Shown here in pieces: positions 28,008 through 37,967 of a stretch of DNA of 46,756 nt (the first letter of the stretch is position 1; each line of letters opens with the position of its first letter). Below the pieces are notes generated by a model, which worked only from the letters and a program-made list of their open reading frames with translations, was not told where the DNA came from and searched no databases. The stretch is from Basidiobolus ranarum (taxonomy: Eukaryota), in assembly GCA_040143965.1 (NCBI GenBank), contig JASJQH010000022.1:1-46756 (forward strand), read 5' to 3'. The position numbers were made by a program, and so were the translations under genes.

Positions 28008-28767
28008 ATGGACATGAAGGCGGATATGAAATCAAACAAGTCTCAGCCTTTGTTGAAGTGTTTCCTGCCCTAACCCTAATATACCTGATGCGTTAAATTG
28101 AACCTCACACTAACAGTCACAGCGAAACTATTGGAGGATATGAGCAAGTTGAAAGCTGTTGTGATGATGCACGCGAGTTTGTTAAACAACTTGAATGTCA
28201 ATTAAAGCAGGATAAGAGCGGAGTGTCAATCATTTCATACTATACTTCCGAATTCCGGATTCTTCAACCAGATTTATTGAATCGGTATAAATTCTGATCA
28301 GCTCCCGAAGCTAACGAAAACCTCTCTTCAAATCGACGCATCCTTACTTTTAGCTATACTAATCGATGCTCGCTAGTGGATCCACAAGATCACTCAATTC
28401 CAAAGGAAGATGTTCAATTAACAAAGGTAGTGGAGGCTGGTTTTTCAATGGAGAGGCTAGTATCGTTTCAGAGGTTAGCCAGGTTGTTTGTAATGAAACT
28501 ATCACCATCAATTCCGGATCTTCACATTCAACTATTAAGCCACGTTTGCGCAAATACAAAAGCATTGACTTGCTAAGCAAATGCGTTTCGTCAGAAAATG
28601 AACGAAAACCCAGCCTCAGAAGGATGGCTTCCATTGATGTCTTACACAAATACTTGGGCTTAGAATCGCCGTCGAACCGAATTGAACGTGTAAAGCCTCA
28701 ACATCGGTCGCCAACTCGACTATCAGAATATGTGACTTTCCCATTACACGATGAAGAGTTCGAGTGA
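28008..28767 (+). CDS. Hypothetical protein, exon structure uncertain
   Basis: Coding-like segments flanked by intron-like GT...CTAAC...AG stretches; overlapping ORFs of 66 and 133 aa; no recognised domain. Confidence 0.3.
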
Positions 28768-29647
28768 AGCTCGTCTAATAGAGATACTTATTACTCATAT
28801 CACCTGACATAAAGTCATCACAAGAATGATCCCCTTCCCCACAGATTGATATTCCCACTGGGTTATGCTTTGGTCCTGTTTCTTGCGCCTTAACCCTACG
28901 TGCATCCATTTTTTGTCTAGAAGTTGGGTGGCACTTGATTCCTTGTCACTGATCCAATGATATTATAAACATTTACCTAAATATTTACCCTAATCCTGAT
29001 TTGCCATCATTTGAGGAATCAACATCAGCTCTATTTTGGGTTGAAGCTGATAATATACACCCACCAATCACTGCATATATACCCAACTTGAAACGATAGA
29101 CATAAGTGTGCATAGCAGGTGATTTGTATCTGAGGGGTTTTGGTTTTGGAGCAGTTTTTAGTCTCAAGCTCAGATAGGGCTAAGGAATGTCTATGCTCAT
29201 TACTATATTGTTTGTATATTAAATATGTTCTAGAAATATCGTAAATATAGGCGTACATGTAGGGATGTGACCAGTAGCGTGCCTAGCTGTTGTTTAGTAG
29301 TTATGCTTGAAAATGGAAATTAGCCACACAGCCATTGATCATGGATCATTGATCTAATCTCGAAATCAGTATGTCCATAGGTGCATCTACTAACCAATCA
29401 TTGCTGTACTAGTTTTATTCGAGAGCGAAAGAAAAATACTGGAAGATAAATACAAATATCAGCACTTTCATTAAAATTGTTCTTCTCGTATTTGTTTATT
29501 TACACAGTAAGTGATCAGGACTTTGGTGCTTCTACACTCTCTACTAGAACTTTCTTTCACTTTCTCGTACAAGTCCATTCTCCCGACCTATCTTTGTAAA
29601 TCCACAAAACTGGACTACTCTCTTCTACTCAATTTCCCTCCGCAAGC

Positions 29648-29995
29648 ATGCCAGGTTGCAAACAAATTAGTGTACATAAAGCCTCCAATAACCAAGTTGA
29701 GGCTTGGGTTCCCGTTTATACAACCTTAGAACACAAAGGAATCAGTGAAGCCTTGGCTCATGCTACAATAAATACCGCCCACTTTGAAACCCTTTCTAGT
29801 TCACTAAAACGCATGGTTTCTCATAGTAAACTGGAGAAACTATCGACTGTTGACGAGAAAAGTTTTCATCGTTCAGAATACATATCTTTTCCCCGCTACG
29901 AAGTTCTTAAGCTGGATTCTGAACACACGGAAAGCGAATCAACCAAAAAAAGTGATGTCATGTCGTACCTTCTTGAGTACTTTTCCAGTTTATGA
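29648..29995 (+). CDS. Hypothetical 115-aa intronless protein
   Basis: ATG in good context (AAGCATG) after a pyrimidine-rich leader; protein-like composition; no recognised motif. Confidence 0.5.
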   Translation: MPGCKQISVHKASNNQVEAWVPVYTTLEHKGISEALAHATINTAHFETLSSSLKRMVSHSKLEKLSTVDEKSFHRSEYISFPRYEVLKLDSEHTESESTKKSDVMSYLLEYFSSL

Positions 29996-30500
29996 ATATA
30001 ACTTGGTTTGTTAACGCAAAGCCCGACCATATTTCATCAAACTGTAGAAACTCTTGGTACCAATTTCTTTTCCAGAAAAGATAATCACAGCCCATTTATT
30101 TATCACTGTGTCCGTGCAGGCACCTCGACCGTAACCACGCCTTTTCAACATAGTCTTTTAGAAATCGCTCCATCAGGTAGCTTGTCTTCCTTGCTCTCAA
30201 ACATGTATAGAACACCATTTGAAAGGTTGTTTTATATTTATATATATGCTCTTTCATGTCTCCGATTTACTAGAAATAGAGGAATAGATTATTATCCACC
30301 ATCAGTAAAATCACTTATAAAAACCGTTTGTGAATCCACCACAATATTTCCACAAGTAAATTTGCAAGCTATTCGTGTGAAATAGAACAATCAAGTTTTA
30401 AGATATGTTTACTCTTCTATATAAATGTTTGGCACCAACTTAAGACCATCAGGTATATATATATATGAAATATTTACTATTCCAGACAACCATTATGCAT

Positions 30501-31253
30501 TCATACCAGTTCATAACTAATTTTCGTAACTCCTTTGCTGGTCTTGATTTTTCGAATAGTCACACGGCCAAGTTCAGATATGTTTCTCACATGGGTACCA
30601 CCACAGGGAGACTTGGTAAGTTCTCCAATGGTAACATATCGCATAGGGTTCTCTTCATTTTCCTGAACTCCATCTTCTTGGCCAGCATATCTAGTGGTCA
30701 CTTCAAGATTCTCAGTGATAGCTTCATTGACTTTGAGTTCAAAATTCTCTTTTGTTAGGTCTGTAGGCCAGATACCGGAGAATTCAACATACGGCCCATC
30801 GACGAAGTGGTATCCCTTTTTCTCTATCAAAGGTAGCTCTAATTTCTTTATCATACTGAAGATAAGATGGCCAGCAGTATGTAAGCGGGAATTCAACATT
30901 CTATAATCACCATCAACTTGGATATCTACTTTGTTTCCAACATCCAACATTCCATTCTCGAAATATCCATGGTGTTCCACTATCTCACCCTTCATGGAAA
31001 CATGCTCTACAAAAAAGGTCACCTTATGGTCCCCTTTGTCATGAATAAGTTGTCCTTTATCGGAAGGTTGACCACCGCCCTGTGGATAGAGTAGGGTAGT
31101 GTCGAGTAGTACTGTAAAGATGGGTGTATCAATATTCTTGGTGCCAAGGATTTTGTTCGGAGGAAGGGTGCATGGTATGATATCCAAAACTAGACCTTGA
31201 CCATTCCAACTATACGTGTCAATCAGATATGCCAAGTTGGTTGCTTTTGTCAT
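30501..31253 (-). CDS. alaX: Stand-alone alanyl-tRNA editing protein (AlaX-M type), intronless
   Basis: VLLDTTLLYPQGGGQPSDKG, RLHTAGHL (HxxxH), PCGGTHV (CxxxH), 250 aa. Confidence 0.9.
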   Translation of the reverse strand: MTKATNLAYLIDTYSWNGQGLVLDIIPCTLPPNKILGTKNIDTPIFTVLLDTTLLYPQGGGQPSDKGQLIHDKGDHKVTFFVEHVSMKGEIVEHHGYFENGMLDVGNKVDIQVDGDYRMLNSRLHTAGHLIFSMIKKLELPLIEKKGYHFVDGPYVEFSGIWPTDLTKENFELKVNEAITENLEVTTRYAGQEDGVQENEENPMRYVTIGELTKSPCGGTHVRNISELGRVTIRKIKTSKGVTKISYELV

Positions 31254-32389
31254 GATGATTGCTTTGGTTGAGGTTTACATTCCACTTTAAGTAGGTGATA
31301 AATGGTTGGTATCGCACTGATTCAAGGAATATTCTAGTAATGATGAGGTTACCTTAACTGCGGATAACTCTCTTGATAATTACGTGATTACTCCGATCTA
31401 TACTCACGAACTATATATATACCATATGTACTAGTTATAGAACTCCAACTAGTACGATTTAAAATCAGAATACTCATGGGAATAATTGCTTTGTTACCCA
31501 AATCGAACTCAACAGTGTGATTCATAGTGCTTAAGCTTGTTCTCCAGATATTAGCCAACCTTAAGAATGATCGAAACGAACACGAAACAAACACGAAACA
31601 AACATTTGGTCATTAGTTCTTTCCACCCATGTGTAAAATCAGTATTACTGTGTTTATTAAAAGAATATAGTCAAGCGCCTTAATATTAGAGCTACGCACT
31701 TATTTTTATTTAAATATCATGTTCAGTGTTTATTTACTGATCAGGCTCAATGTTTATTTCCTGGATATTTTGTAATATCTATTTTGGATATACCGAGGAA
31801 ATCTTGTGAAGTTGCTTTTACTGAATACTACGCAAAGATTGGCTGAATATATGACCTTGAGAAAATACTTACTTAGTTGAGGCAACTTCAACTTCAGTTG
31901 GTGAGGGTGTGGGTGTTTATATTCTTGAAATTGGTATTTATACTGTACATGAAGTTTTTGAAGATAGAGTTAACCTTTCTGTTATCTTCATACACTGAAC
32001 TGATATTGTTGATGGAAAGGCCGAGTAGAGTTGATTGAAATTGTTTTTGAGGTGGAGAGTACATGAGATGTGATGCCTCGTAGTAAAGCCGTAACCGAGC
32101 TAGCTAAATCAAGCAGTCGCAAGAGTATATCTAGCCTGCCCCCGAGTGATAGTAAAAGTACCGCTAGTGTGGAAATAACCGTCAAAGCAGACAAGATTCA
32201 CTAAAACGGTTGTAATTTCCTAAAGCCAACCGGTATTTTGATGGTACAATTCTGTATTTGGTACGTCTTCTTATTGTAAGATCCAGGGGACAAGAAAGAT
32301 CAATTTGCGGCATATAGCACGTGGCAGTCCCTAACATATAAATACATGGAAATGTTAAAACTGGGCATCTCCGCTATTACACAAATATC

Positions 32390-33691
32390 ATGCTATCCTC
32401 TACTGACCTTCTCACCTGTCAATTACCATTACTAGTCCGACCAGCCACTCCTTCCAAATATGCATTAATTGCTCTGTCACCGTTTGATAGCATTATGCCT
32501 GAAACTTCATTTAACTTTCAGTTCATTTACAAAAATGAGCAGAACGATACCAACTTCATGCACCCTGACGCAATGAAAAGCTCACTTTCCAAACTGTTGG
32601 TGGATTTCCCATTAATGGCAGGAAGAGCTCGACAAAATAATGAAAAATGGTATATTGACTGTAATGATGCTGGAGTATCTTTTCGCATAGCTCACGCGGC
32701 TATGAAACTTGATGATTTTGCCTACGACCAAGTACCACAAGAACCGCGCGTGCAAAGGACCTGCCCTGAAGATCCTATCTGGCGTGTAAAACTCACCTAC
32801 TTTAGCTGTGGCGGTGTCATTGTAATATCGGAGCTATTTCACCCGGTTGGCGACGGTGCAACGAATGCTATGCTAATGCGCAAATGGGCCAGTCTTCATT
32901 CCAATAAGCCATATTCTCTGCCTGTACTTGATCGCACTTTAATTCGGGCCTCAGGGGGCCCACCGCCAAGCTCTGTTCCACTATGGCAAGAGGATGAAGA
33001 GTGCGATGCTATACGCACTCGTAAACTGCCATGTAGTTCCGCCAAACTCATTAAATTCTCTGCCAATGAACTTTTAGCGATGAAACATGCTGCTCATGAT
33101 CCTGATGATACTGGCACTCCGTGGGTTAGCACCAATGATGTCTTATGTTCTCATATGTGGCGACTCATTACCAAGGCGAGAGGACTCCCAGCTGACACAA
33201 TGACTTCGATGGCTCAGGCATGTAACGTCCGTAAATATATTCAACCGCCATTAACATCGGATTACGTAGGCAATGTATTAATGTTCGCTCGAACCGATAT
33301 GATATCTGCCTATGAATTGGAAGGATCTTCCCTGGCTCGTATTTCTGCCTCTTCTCGTCGCTCAATCAGTCTTTTAACATCTACTCTCGTTCAAGATTTC
33401 ATTGACTGGATCAGTTCGGGGCCTAGTACAAAGCCGGTAGGGACAGGGTTTCAGTATGGCCCTGATGTAGCTGCTACTTCTTGGGTAGCATTTAATATGT
33501 ACTCTGTTGTGTTTGAGAATGACGAGCCACCACATTTTGTAGGACAAGCCCCGCCTTTTTCTGATGGCTTAATTAAGCTAGTGGAAGGAAAAGAAAAAGG
33601 TAGCATAAATATCCAACTCAGCTTGCCACAGATACATATGGACAATCTACTCGCTGACCCGGAACTTCATAAATATGCCAATGTACAATGA
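32390..33691 (+). CDS. BAHD/transferase-family CoA-dependent acyltransferase, intronless
   Basis: LSKLLVDFPLMAGR, IDCNDAGVSF, VKLTYFSCGG, catalytic HPVGDG (HxxxD), WVSTNDVLCSHMWRLITKAR, NVR..PPL..DYVGN; TATAAA near 32337. Confidence 0.9.
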   Translation: MLSSTDLLTCQLPLLVRPATPSKYALIALSPFDSIMPETSFNFQFIYKNEQNDTNFMHPDAMKSSLSKLLVDFPLMAGRARQNNEKWYIDCNDAGVSFRIAHAAMKLDDFAYDQVPQEPRVQRTCPEDPIWRVKLTYFSCGGVIVISELFHPVGDGATNAMLMRKWASLHSNKPYSLPVLDRTLIRASGGPPPSSVPLWQEDEECDAIRTRKLPCSSAKLIKFSANELLAMKHAAHDPDDTGTPWVSTNDVLCSHMWRLITKARGLPADTMTSMAQACNVRKYIQPPLTSDYVGNVLMFARTDMISAYELEGSSLARISASSRRSISLLTSTLVQDFIDWISSGPSTKPVGTGFQYGPDVAATSWVAFNMYSVVFENDEPPHFVGQAPPFSDGLIKLVEGKEKGSINIQLSLPQIHMDNLLADPELHKYANVQ

Positions 33692-33879
33692 GCATTTGTC
33701 GCTCTTTCTATTGATTATAAGAGTCGACGTTTTACCCTGCTTCCAAGGCTTGCTTATTACTTCACCGATTGCAAAACCATGGCTGTAATGTATGCGGTAG
33801 TGTACCTCTTGGATTCCCGGGTGATAATAATGCTGGCCATAGCCAACTTACCGTAAACTATGTTGGACAATGTGGTTAA
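33691..33879 (+). pseudogene. KP4 killer-toxin-like gene relic (C-terminal half only)
   Basis: 33727-33879 translates TFYPASKACLLLHRLQNHGCNVCGSVPLGFPGDNNAGHSQLTVNYVGQCG*, matching the KP4 C-terminal signature (AC..L..L.NHGC.VCGS.PL...N....QLTVNYV..C); in-frame stops just upstream, no signal peptide. Confidence 0.78.
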
Positions 33880-34873
33880 TTCTCGAAGACAGACACAGAA
33901 GGATGCAAGGAACCAAGCGCGGCTAAAATATAAAAAATGTAAGCAAATTTCTATCTGAATCCTAACTAAATAAAACATACTGTCTCGCTTACATTAGCAT
34001 TTACTTCCATAATGATGGTCCTGTCTTAATTATGTCTGCTTGTAAAATCCCTGAAATTATGCCCATTATTTCATTAATCGTATAATAGAATTTATGAATT
34101 GAAAGTGGGAAAGTTGACAAAATGGAAGATTCACAGGAAAACGTTTTGGATATTTGGTAATGTGAGATATTTTAGTGAAAGAGAATCTCCTGTTAAAGCC
34201 AATTGATATAATGTTAGCTATTCACTTGAATGTTATAATCGTATTTAGATTTATCAAGCCACCAGATTGCTGGAACCAGGTCACACATCAATATTACAAA
34301 TACTTGGCGTTAGTACGAAAAGCAACTTCAAAAATATCTTGGAGGAAATTTAGAGTCGGGCCACTATTTACTCAAAAATTGAAATAACTATTCCCTAGTA
34401 TTAACAAAACAAATACAAGGCTTGCTATAAAATAAATGATGAAATGCATTCAATAACATGCATTCAATAAATCAAGTTCGATATTTATTTTGAGTAAAGT
34501 TTTCGCTTGTATCTATGTCTGTGAGATAGTGTAAAAGATTTCTGAATAAGCGTTCTATTTCTTACGTTATCATTTAGTGTTAAACAACTTGTAGCAAATA
34601 TCAGTAATCATGAATTTTTCGTACGATATGATGTGATTCTAGCAATATATATACTGATGGTAGGGCCAATACCCTTATCAGAATATACGAATGATTTTTA
34701 GAAATTATTGCGTATTGCTATTAAAGTAATCCCTCAAGGTGATGGTTTAGCCTTCATGTGCCAGCTTTCTAAGCCACTTCATATCATAAAAGGGAACAAT
34801 GAATAAATATATCACTTCACTCGAATACCAATTCATTTGATAGCAAGTAAAGCCAATATTTTCTAACTTTAAA

Positions 34874-35678
34874 ATGACGTCTAACCAACATCAACCATAA
34901 AACCACTTCGAAAGAGGTTTGACTCGACAAAATGATCAACAAAACAACGCTCGCTATGGCCTCCAGCACGAGCAAGATGCGTACAATAACAAAACCAAAG
35001 AGGTGTCTCTCGTAGAAATAGTCAACAGAACTATCCTCGTTCTCACCATGATCACCAATATGAGCAAGATGAGTTAAAGAATGAATATGAGAGAGGAATA
35101 TCTCGCAGAAACGGTCAACAGAGCTATCCTCGCTCTTGCTATGACCGGTAATACGAACAAGACGAGTAAGACAATGAACACGAGAGAGGTATCTCCGGCA
35201 GAAATGAGCAACAGAACTATCCTCGTTCTCATTACAGTCGCCAATATGAGCAAGATGAGTTAAATAATGAATATGAAAGAAATTTCTCGCAGAAATGGTC
35301 AACAGAACTATGCTCGCTCTCGCTATGGCCGTCAATACGAGCAAGATGAGTATGTCAACAAATACGAACGTGGTATCTCCCACAGAAATGATCAACAAAA
35401 ATGGACTCACTCCCGGTCGTCAATACGATCAAGATAAGTACGATATCAGATATGAAAGAGGAATCTCTCAAAGAAATGGTCAACAGAACTATACTCGTTC
35501 TTACTACGGACGCCAATACGCACAAGATGGGTATGATGATGAAAGTGAAAGAGACATTTCCCACAGAAACGGTCAACATAAGTAAGATGAATATGACAAC
35601 GAATATGAAAGAGGAATCTCCCGCAGAAATGATCAACAGAGCCATCCTCATTCTCGCTATGGTCGTCAATATGATTAA
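34874..35678 (+). pseudogene. Degenerate tandem-repeat gene with a 93-bp (31-aa) unit, about 8-9 copies
   Basis: Consensus unit ERGISRRNGQQNYPRSHYGRQYEQDEYDNEY; unit starts at 35089 and 35182 (93 bp apart); in-frame TAA at 34898, 35149, 35167, 35583 plus frameshifts. Confidence 0.75.
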
Positions 35679-36030
35679 ATTATTGAAAGTCTCAAGTAGT
35701 ACAGTACATTGTTTCCAAAAATTGAATAATAATAAAAGGCTATTCTGTACTCGGTAAAGAAATTTGTTGTATAACTGTTCCATCATTAAATCTAATATGA
35801 ATGTGATTTTGTTAAATAAGATTTACTTTAGTTTCGTCGTATATTTTCTGTCACGAGTTCACCTAATATTCTCAATTTGTTTAATACCGTTATAAAGACC
35901 TGTTTATTATATGGCTACGAATCATCAGCTATTACTTGAGTAACCCATTTCCTTTTCTTTTGGTTTCTTTACTTCAATCTCATATAGACAAAGATTTGTT
36001 TTACCTGCAAGACGACCTCATATCCTCTAA

Positions 36031-36374
36031 TTAGTGGCATAGAGACACATCAACATGTGCAAAACCTAATAGCTTGGCATTGGTAATTAGAGTTGGACAT
36101 CCTGCATTATCAGACATTACTGGTGCTGTGGAGCCTATATTTTCTTGTTGAAATAAATTCTAACATCAACCTTAACTCCAAAAAGACCTGTTCTGTTGCA
36201 AATATCATTACACGAAGGCTTAGATACTGTTTTGCTTCCATTAGTATAGCTTTCAGTGTTGCTACTTGATTTTTCAGAACTTCCAGTATTACAACCTGTA
36301 GCCAAACTTTGGTAACTAGCATTATCCTTGCTACCACCATCGGGAGTGGCACCAGAATGGTTATATGTTTTCAT
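36031..36374 (-). pseudogene. Small Ser/Thr-rich, Cys-containing ORF, apparently frameshifted
   Basis: 79-aa ORF (...CNDICNRTGLFGVKVDV) continues in another frame as ..IGSTAPVMSDNAGCPTLITNAKLLGFAHVDVSLCH*. Confidence 0.3.
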
Positions 36375-36609
36375 AGCTTTTCTAGCTTTTTGGATGTTGA
36401 AGGGAAGAGTTTTTATGGATATTTTAGATTTGCTAAGATTATTGCTAGTATACCTTTTTTTCTTCTACTAATATATGAATTTCTATCGGTTATCAACTTC
36501 AAATAGCTCATAATGAGTATAAACAGTGCTTAAATAAAAAGGTGAAATATAGAATATATTGGTATATTGTAACGTGCTCGCGTACATTCAGTAATATAGG
36601 AGGCGGACC

Positions 36610-37674
36610 TCAACCAAAGAAGTCTGAAGGAACCTTGATAGCAACAGTCTGGCAGAAAACCTTTTCATCTGGATCATGTTGAGGGAGTGTATTCGGGTTC
36701 AGCTTCCAACCACTTTTGTCCTCTGGCAACTTTGCATTGTCGGGAACAAGACAGGAGATGGAAAAACCAGCATTAGTTGGCCGATCTGTCCAAAAGAACC
36801 ATATTCGGCCAGCAAATATTGTCACACTCGGTGGAAAACCTTCGTAGTGCTTTTCCATCTCATCAAAGTAAAGCATTCGATGTTCAGATGCTGTGCCATC
36901 CAAAATGTAACCTTCTTTATTCATCTTGAGACGGAAATAACGGAATTTCCAGTCTTTCGCCTGGTAGAAAAGGTATAGCCAGTATTCTTTAGCCAATTTG
37001 TCGTATAAAACTAAATGTTGAAAACGTGGCGTCGCCAGAAGATACTTGACATCAAAGCCTTTGATTGCGACACGGTTCCATAGCATGTCTTTATTCTTAA
37101 TCGACTGATCAAAGTACTCGTAGTGTATCTGATCGATATACAAATCGCCGAATTTTGTAGGCTGAATGTTGTAGACATATTTGAAAGGATTTGAACCCGT
37201 ATTATTCGGCGCTGGACAAACAAGTTTAAGAGACCAGGCGCATTCCTGATCATCTGTTGTGTTGATCTTTGCTTTTGCCCACCCGCTAGGCAACTTTCTT
37301 GCAATCCACGATTCCCAAGTTGGTGAAGTCTTTACAAGGCCAACGTTTAACTGATTTTGGCAAATCATGACACAAGGGTAAAAACTACCCTGCGTTACTC
37401 CAAGGGTAGTCTCCTCCTGTGCGACTACTTGGAGATATTTTGCAATTCGGCATACATTGACATCGTGGTAGCTGTTGTAGACCCACACCATCTCATTATT
37501 TTTATAATCAAAGACGTAGTCAATTCCTCCAGACAGTGGCTCTTTTAATGTATGAGTAATGGGAATGTCTTTGATAAAATTGTACTTGAGTGCTCCATTT
37601 TCGGGTGGACCGTCGACTACTGCTTCGAAAGCGTGATATCGTTGTAAAATCAAGAGCTTCTCGTCTTCGCTCAT
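36610..37674 (-). CDS. Uncharacterised 354-aa intronless protein, probable beta-propeller; divergent from the RHS toxin
   Basis: Long uninterrupted ORF from ATG 37674 (MSEDEKLLILQRY); Trp/Tyr-rich beta-strand pattern with blade-like motifs PPSVTIFAGRIWFFWTD, YPCVMICQNQLNVGLV, YWLYLFYQAKDWKFRY. Confidence 0.75.
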   Translation of the reverse strand: MSEDEKLLILQRYHAFEAVVDGPPENGALKYNFIKDIPITHTLKEPLSGGIDYVFDYKNNEMVWVYNSYHDVNVCRIAKYLQVVAQEETTLGVTQGSFYPCVMICQNQLNVGLVKTSPTWESWIARKLPSGWAKAKINTTDDQECAWSLKLVCPAPNNTGSNPFKYVYNIQPTKFGDLYIDQIHYEYFDQSIKNKDMLWNRVAIKGFDVKYLLATPRFQHLVLYDKLAKEYWLYLFYQAKDWKFRYFRLKMNKEGYILDGTASEHRMLYFDEMEKHYEGFPPSVTIFAGRIWFFWTDRPTNAGFSISCLVPDNAKLPEDKSGWKLNPNTLPQHDPDEKVFCQTVAIKVPSDFFG

Positions 37675-37889
37675 GATGATTATGCGGCTATTTGCGTTAG
37701 ACTGCAAAATTTATAGTTACAAAAGAGGCTAGAAGTACCCATATACATCAATTTTTCTCCCAGAACCGCCAAATTGGTGCGACGTACGTGTGTACCCCGC
37801 ATACCAATCAAATGCAATGCGATAAATTATAATCTTATCCTTTTTTGTTAATATCAAATCTTTATGCACATGATCAAAACCCCATATAT

Positions 37890-37901
37890 GATTACGTAAT
37901 C
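37890..37901. promoter_or_regulatory. Perfect palindrome GATTACGTAATC (bZIP-type TTACGTAA core) in the bidirectional intergenic region
   Basis: Seen directly between the divergent ATGs at 37674 and 37968; ACGTACGT palindrome also at 37782-37789. Confidence 0.35.
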
Positions 37902-37967
37902 CTGGTGAACAAAAAGTAGTTTAAAACAAGTCGAAGACAATATAGACTGGTGGAAAAACGTTATTCA

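Noticed and set aside
31988-32210. Short coding-like stretch upstream of the BAHD gene
   Set aside because: Contains a stop in the most plausible frame and no recognisable motif
33683-33723. BAHD-KP4 fusion by alternative splicing
   Set aside because: Would need a 41-nt intron with a weak donor and a GAG acceptor, and would add only half a KP4 domain
34874-35678. CRISPR-like array
   Set aside because: Units diverge along their whole length with no constant repeat and unique spacer pattern; eukaryotic context; no cas genes
34817-35786. Hydrophobic minus-strand ORFs of 197 and 143 aa and Met-rich plus-strand ORFs
   Set aside because: Shadow frames of the 93-bp repeat region
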